Shown: piece by piece, positions 61,201-64,000 of the stretch | Layout: each line of letters begins with the position of its first letter | Position numbering within the stretch: the first letter of the stretch is position 1 | Origin: Paragordius varius | Lineage: Eukaryota; Animalia; Nematomorpha | Direction of reading: 5' to 3' | NCBI GenBank assembly: GCA_964247055.1 | Contig: OZ176054.1 | Location: forward strand, 8,432,001-8,496,000 | DNA: 64,000 nt | Position numbers and translations under genes: made by a program | The notes under the pieces: generated by a model | Databases searched by the model: none | Told to the model about the DNA's origin: nothing | Seen by the model: only the letters and a program-made list of their open reading frames with translations

Positions 61201-63867
61201 ATTAAAAAATATTTTTTTCAAAGTCAGTAACACTTAATTTCCTTAAACTTAGTAATTTTATAAACACATAATTATTATTATATTAATAATATTTCCAATT
61301 TAGACATATGCACTGATTGATAAAACTCCTATGATAATCAAGGACATTGTGTAAGTGTAAAATCTTTAATTTTTTTGAAAACTTTATAATTTTAGACGGA
61401 AGCATATTGGGTTGTTTTTGTCATAAAGCATTAAAATTGTAAAAATATTATTACAAAAGTTGTTTTTGCTTAATTATTATTAAACATTATTTCTATATAA
61501 TATTAAATAATATTCTTTTTTTAACCGTTATTATTTTTTTTCAGCATTATTAGCAATTTAAATAACTCAAAAAAGATTTACTGGCTAAAATTTTGAGATG
61601 AGAATTTTTACGTTTTTAGGAATACCTTTTTGCGTTAAAGAGCCTGATTTTAAATTTGCCTTATTATCATAAAAACTTTTTTGTATTTCGAATCGCTCTG
61701 GGATAAAAAACTATTCTAAATTTTTTTTTGTTTTTAATACCCTATTTTGCCTACCAATTAAATGTTAAATAACGCGAGAAAATTTTTGCGTAAACATCTG
61801 CCACGATATAATTTTTATATAAAAAAAATAAAATCGTTATTTTATTGCCTATGCTATTAATAAATAGTGATTTTGAGTGGTCTACCCATGCTAATATGCT
61901 ATCTTACTGGGTCCACGAACGTCAAGAAATCCCCGCTAAACTTTGCATTATGAATGTGCCAGACCGGACAGATGTGAGACCGGCTTCCACCTTAGGGACG
62001 ACTGTTACGCAATGTCGCATGCTTTGGACCGATTTATACTTGGCCGTCTTGTCCGATCGTTACGCAAAGAAAAAAGTTACGCCCGAAGGTGTTAAATATT
62101 CAGTAAGTATTAAGTATTTATTGGACTGATTATTGATAGATTGATAATAGATATGTTGCATAACTAAAGTAAAAATATTTGGAATTATTATTAGGAGGAA
62201 TTCGGGCGATAATGTGAATTTTTGTGCTATAATTATTGATATATTGTGAATAAAATAAGTATGGCTATTGAGGTTTTTATTAAAAATTTGATCGATTTTC
62301 ACTCATCTGACTTTTCCTATAATAGAAATGAGGGTTGGGTTTTTGACAGTTAAATAACGGAACTGAAATTCTATAAAATTATAAAATATCTTGATTTTTA
62401 TATCTTCCATATATCACGTCTTGAACATATGTTGAAATTTTATTAGGGTTTTTCTGCGCCTTCTAATGATAATGAATGTATAACCGATACTCCCTCAGTT
62501 TTTTTTATTTTTTAGAGTGTAACCAGTATTCAGCTGTTGTTTAAAATTTTATAATAATTTGATTTAATTATTACAATACGTAGTGTAGTTTTTTACTGTG
62601 AAATTCGCGTTAACAATTCATATAATATTCATAATTAGGGCCTTTCATATGCATTTGAAATCTTTCACATTCGTCAATCCGAAGTTCCAAAGGACACAAT
62701 AGAATTTAAAAGTAATTTTCCTGGTATACTCGCATTAAATATCTAAAAATTTCGGATTTATGTAATTTTCTATTTTATATCGTAATAATCTATTGTGTTT
62801 TATTTATTTTTTTATAATTTAAAACAATTATATTAAATTTTAATCTTTTTAAATTAATCCTGATTCATTTCTATGTGTAATTTTTGTTGTATGATAATCA
62901 AAAAATAGTTAAATTGTGTGTTCATATTCTTTTACAATTTGATTTATATGACATTTATTATCTTTTTGTGCAAATTTATTTAATCATTTTTTTATAGATA
63001 AAATTGTCCATTTCCAACCCGAACCCAAAGGAAATAAAATAGGTATTATAGCGGAAAATAAGGGTGCCCGTAGTGTCTACCTCTATGAAGTAAATAGTGG
63101 AGGAAAACCGCCTACTCTTTTACGTAAGAAAAATTCATAAAAGTATTGTATGTTAGGATTTTTAATACATTTATAAGAATTAATATTAAGAAATTAATTA
63201 TTTAGCCCGAAAATTTTCAATTATATAACATTAATTAGTTTTTGTGGCAAAAATTTTATTCGGTATATTTTAATATATGTATATAAATTTAGTTGAACTT
63301 AGTATGCGCAAATTTAACCGACTTTTTTGGTGTCCGAATGGACAATTCCTGGTTATTGCCGAATTGGGATCACGATCGTAAGTTGTTATAACTCTTTAAT
63401 TTTAATTTTATTATAAATTTTTATGTTGTTTATTAAAATTAATTTTACAAATTTTTTTGATGTATCCTAATGTGATATTGAAAAAGTTTCTAATATTAAT
63501 AAATATAATTAATTGATTTATTTAAATTATTCGATGAATATTAATTTAATTACAAAAGTTTTTCTCTCATTCTAAACTATATTACAAATTTTGATTAATA
63601 TTTTAATGATTATTATGTTTTAAATTAAACTTTATATTTCGTACATTTGAATCTATTCATATACCCCATTATAAATTAATACTTTTATTATTTATATTTT
63701 TTGGCAATAAGAAAAACTTTTTTTTGCATAGTGATTCCGGTGACCTTTTATTTTTGGACACGAAAGATATGACACGCATGGCTGAAGTGTCGCATCCACA
63801 TGTGGATTTGGTTAAATGGGATTTTACCGGTCGATTTGTTGCAACTGCAGTCACACTAAATTATCAA
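58285..63867 (+). CDS. EIF3B: Eukaryotic translation initiation factor 3 subunit B, first 14 exons; continues beyond the right edge
   Basis: Exons 58285-58435, 58457-58652, 58682-58801, 58862-58916, 59150-59287, 59647-59804, 60047-60190, 61108-61177, 61304-61350, 61868-62102, 62639-62711, 62998-63123, 63293-63377 and 63732-~63867. RRM (VIVDNIP..G.TKGYMFLEY..LDK.H) is followed by beta-propeller repeats (WSPQGTYL, FSPCERY, WSYDG, FWCPNGQF, WDFTGRF). Confidence 0.95.
58436..58681 (+). other. Micro-introns in EIF3B: 58436-58456 (21 nt, in-frame) and 58653-58681 (29 nt)
   Basis: Both are GT...AG. Splicing gives DDITDEELLSDIL, matching the conserved DD..EEELL.D without a gap, and TKGYMFLEY (RNP1). 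Confidence 0.9.
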
Positions 63868-64000
63868 GTTTCTGTCTAAATTTATAACTGGATATATTTT
63901 TGAAATTAAGAAATTGTCATTTCGATGTTAATATACCTCAAACGTAGTTGTTTAGATAACAAGTGTATTTTAACTAATTAGTTATTGACGTATGCATTTT

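Overview
This is an AT-rich animal genomic window, probably from a protostome invertebrate (inference). It is not prokaryotic and has no CRISPR array or rRNA/tRNA that I can support. Seven intron-containing or single-exon genes were reconstructed by hand: ASNA1/GET3 (minus, runs off the left edge), a very long MGRN1/RNF157-type RING ligase (minus), a class A peptide GPCR (plus), PRDX6 (minus) head-to-head with MRPS6 (plus), TMEM186 (minus) and EIF3B (plus, runs off the right edge). They sit among many transposon relics: hAT elements of several types and their MITEs, non-autonomous Helitrons carrying ~160-bp satellite-like arrays, TTAA/piggyBac-like MITEs, foldback-like MITEs and a 5'-inverted RTE LINE. 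The standout observation is a positional intron-length system. Twelve GT-AG introns of only 21-32 nt occur in five housekeeping genes, all within ~505 nt of the start codon, whereas all 28 introns of those genes that begin further downstream are 60-1257 nt. This is the reverse of the usual long-first-intron pattern. All gene models come from manual reading and remembered orthologue alignments, not from RNA data or database searches.
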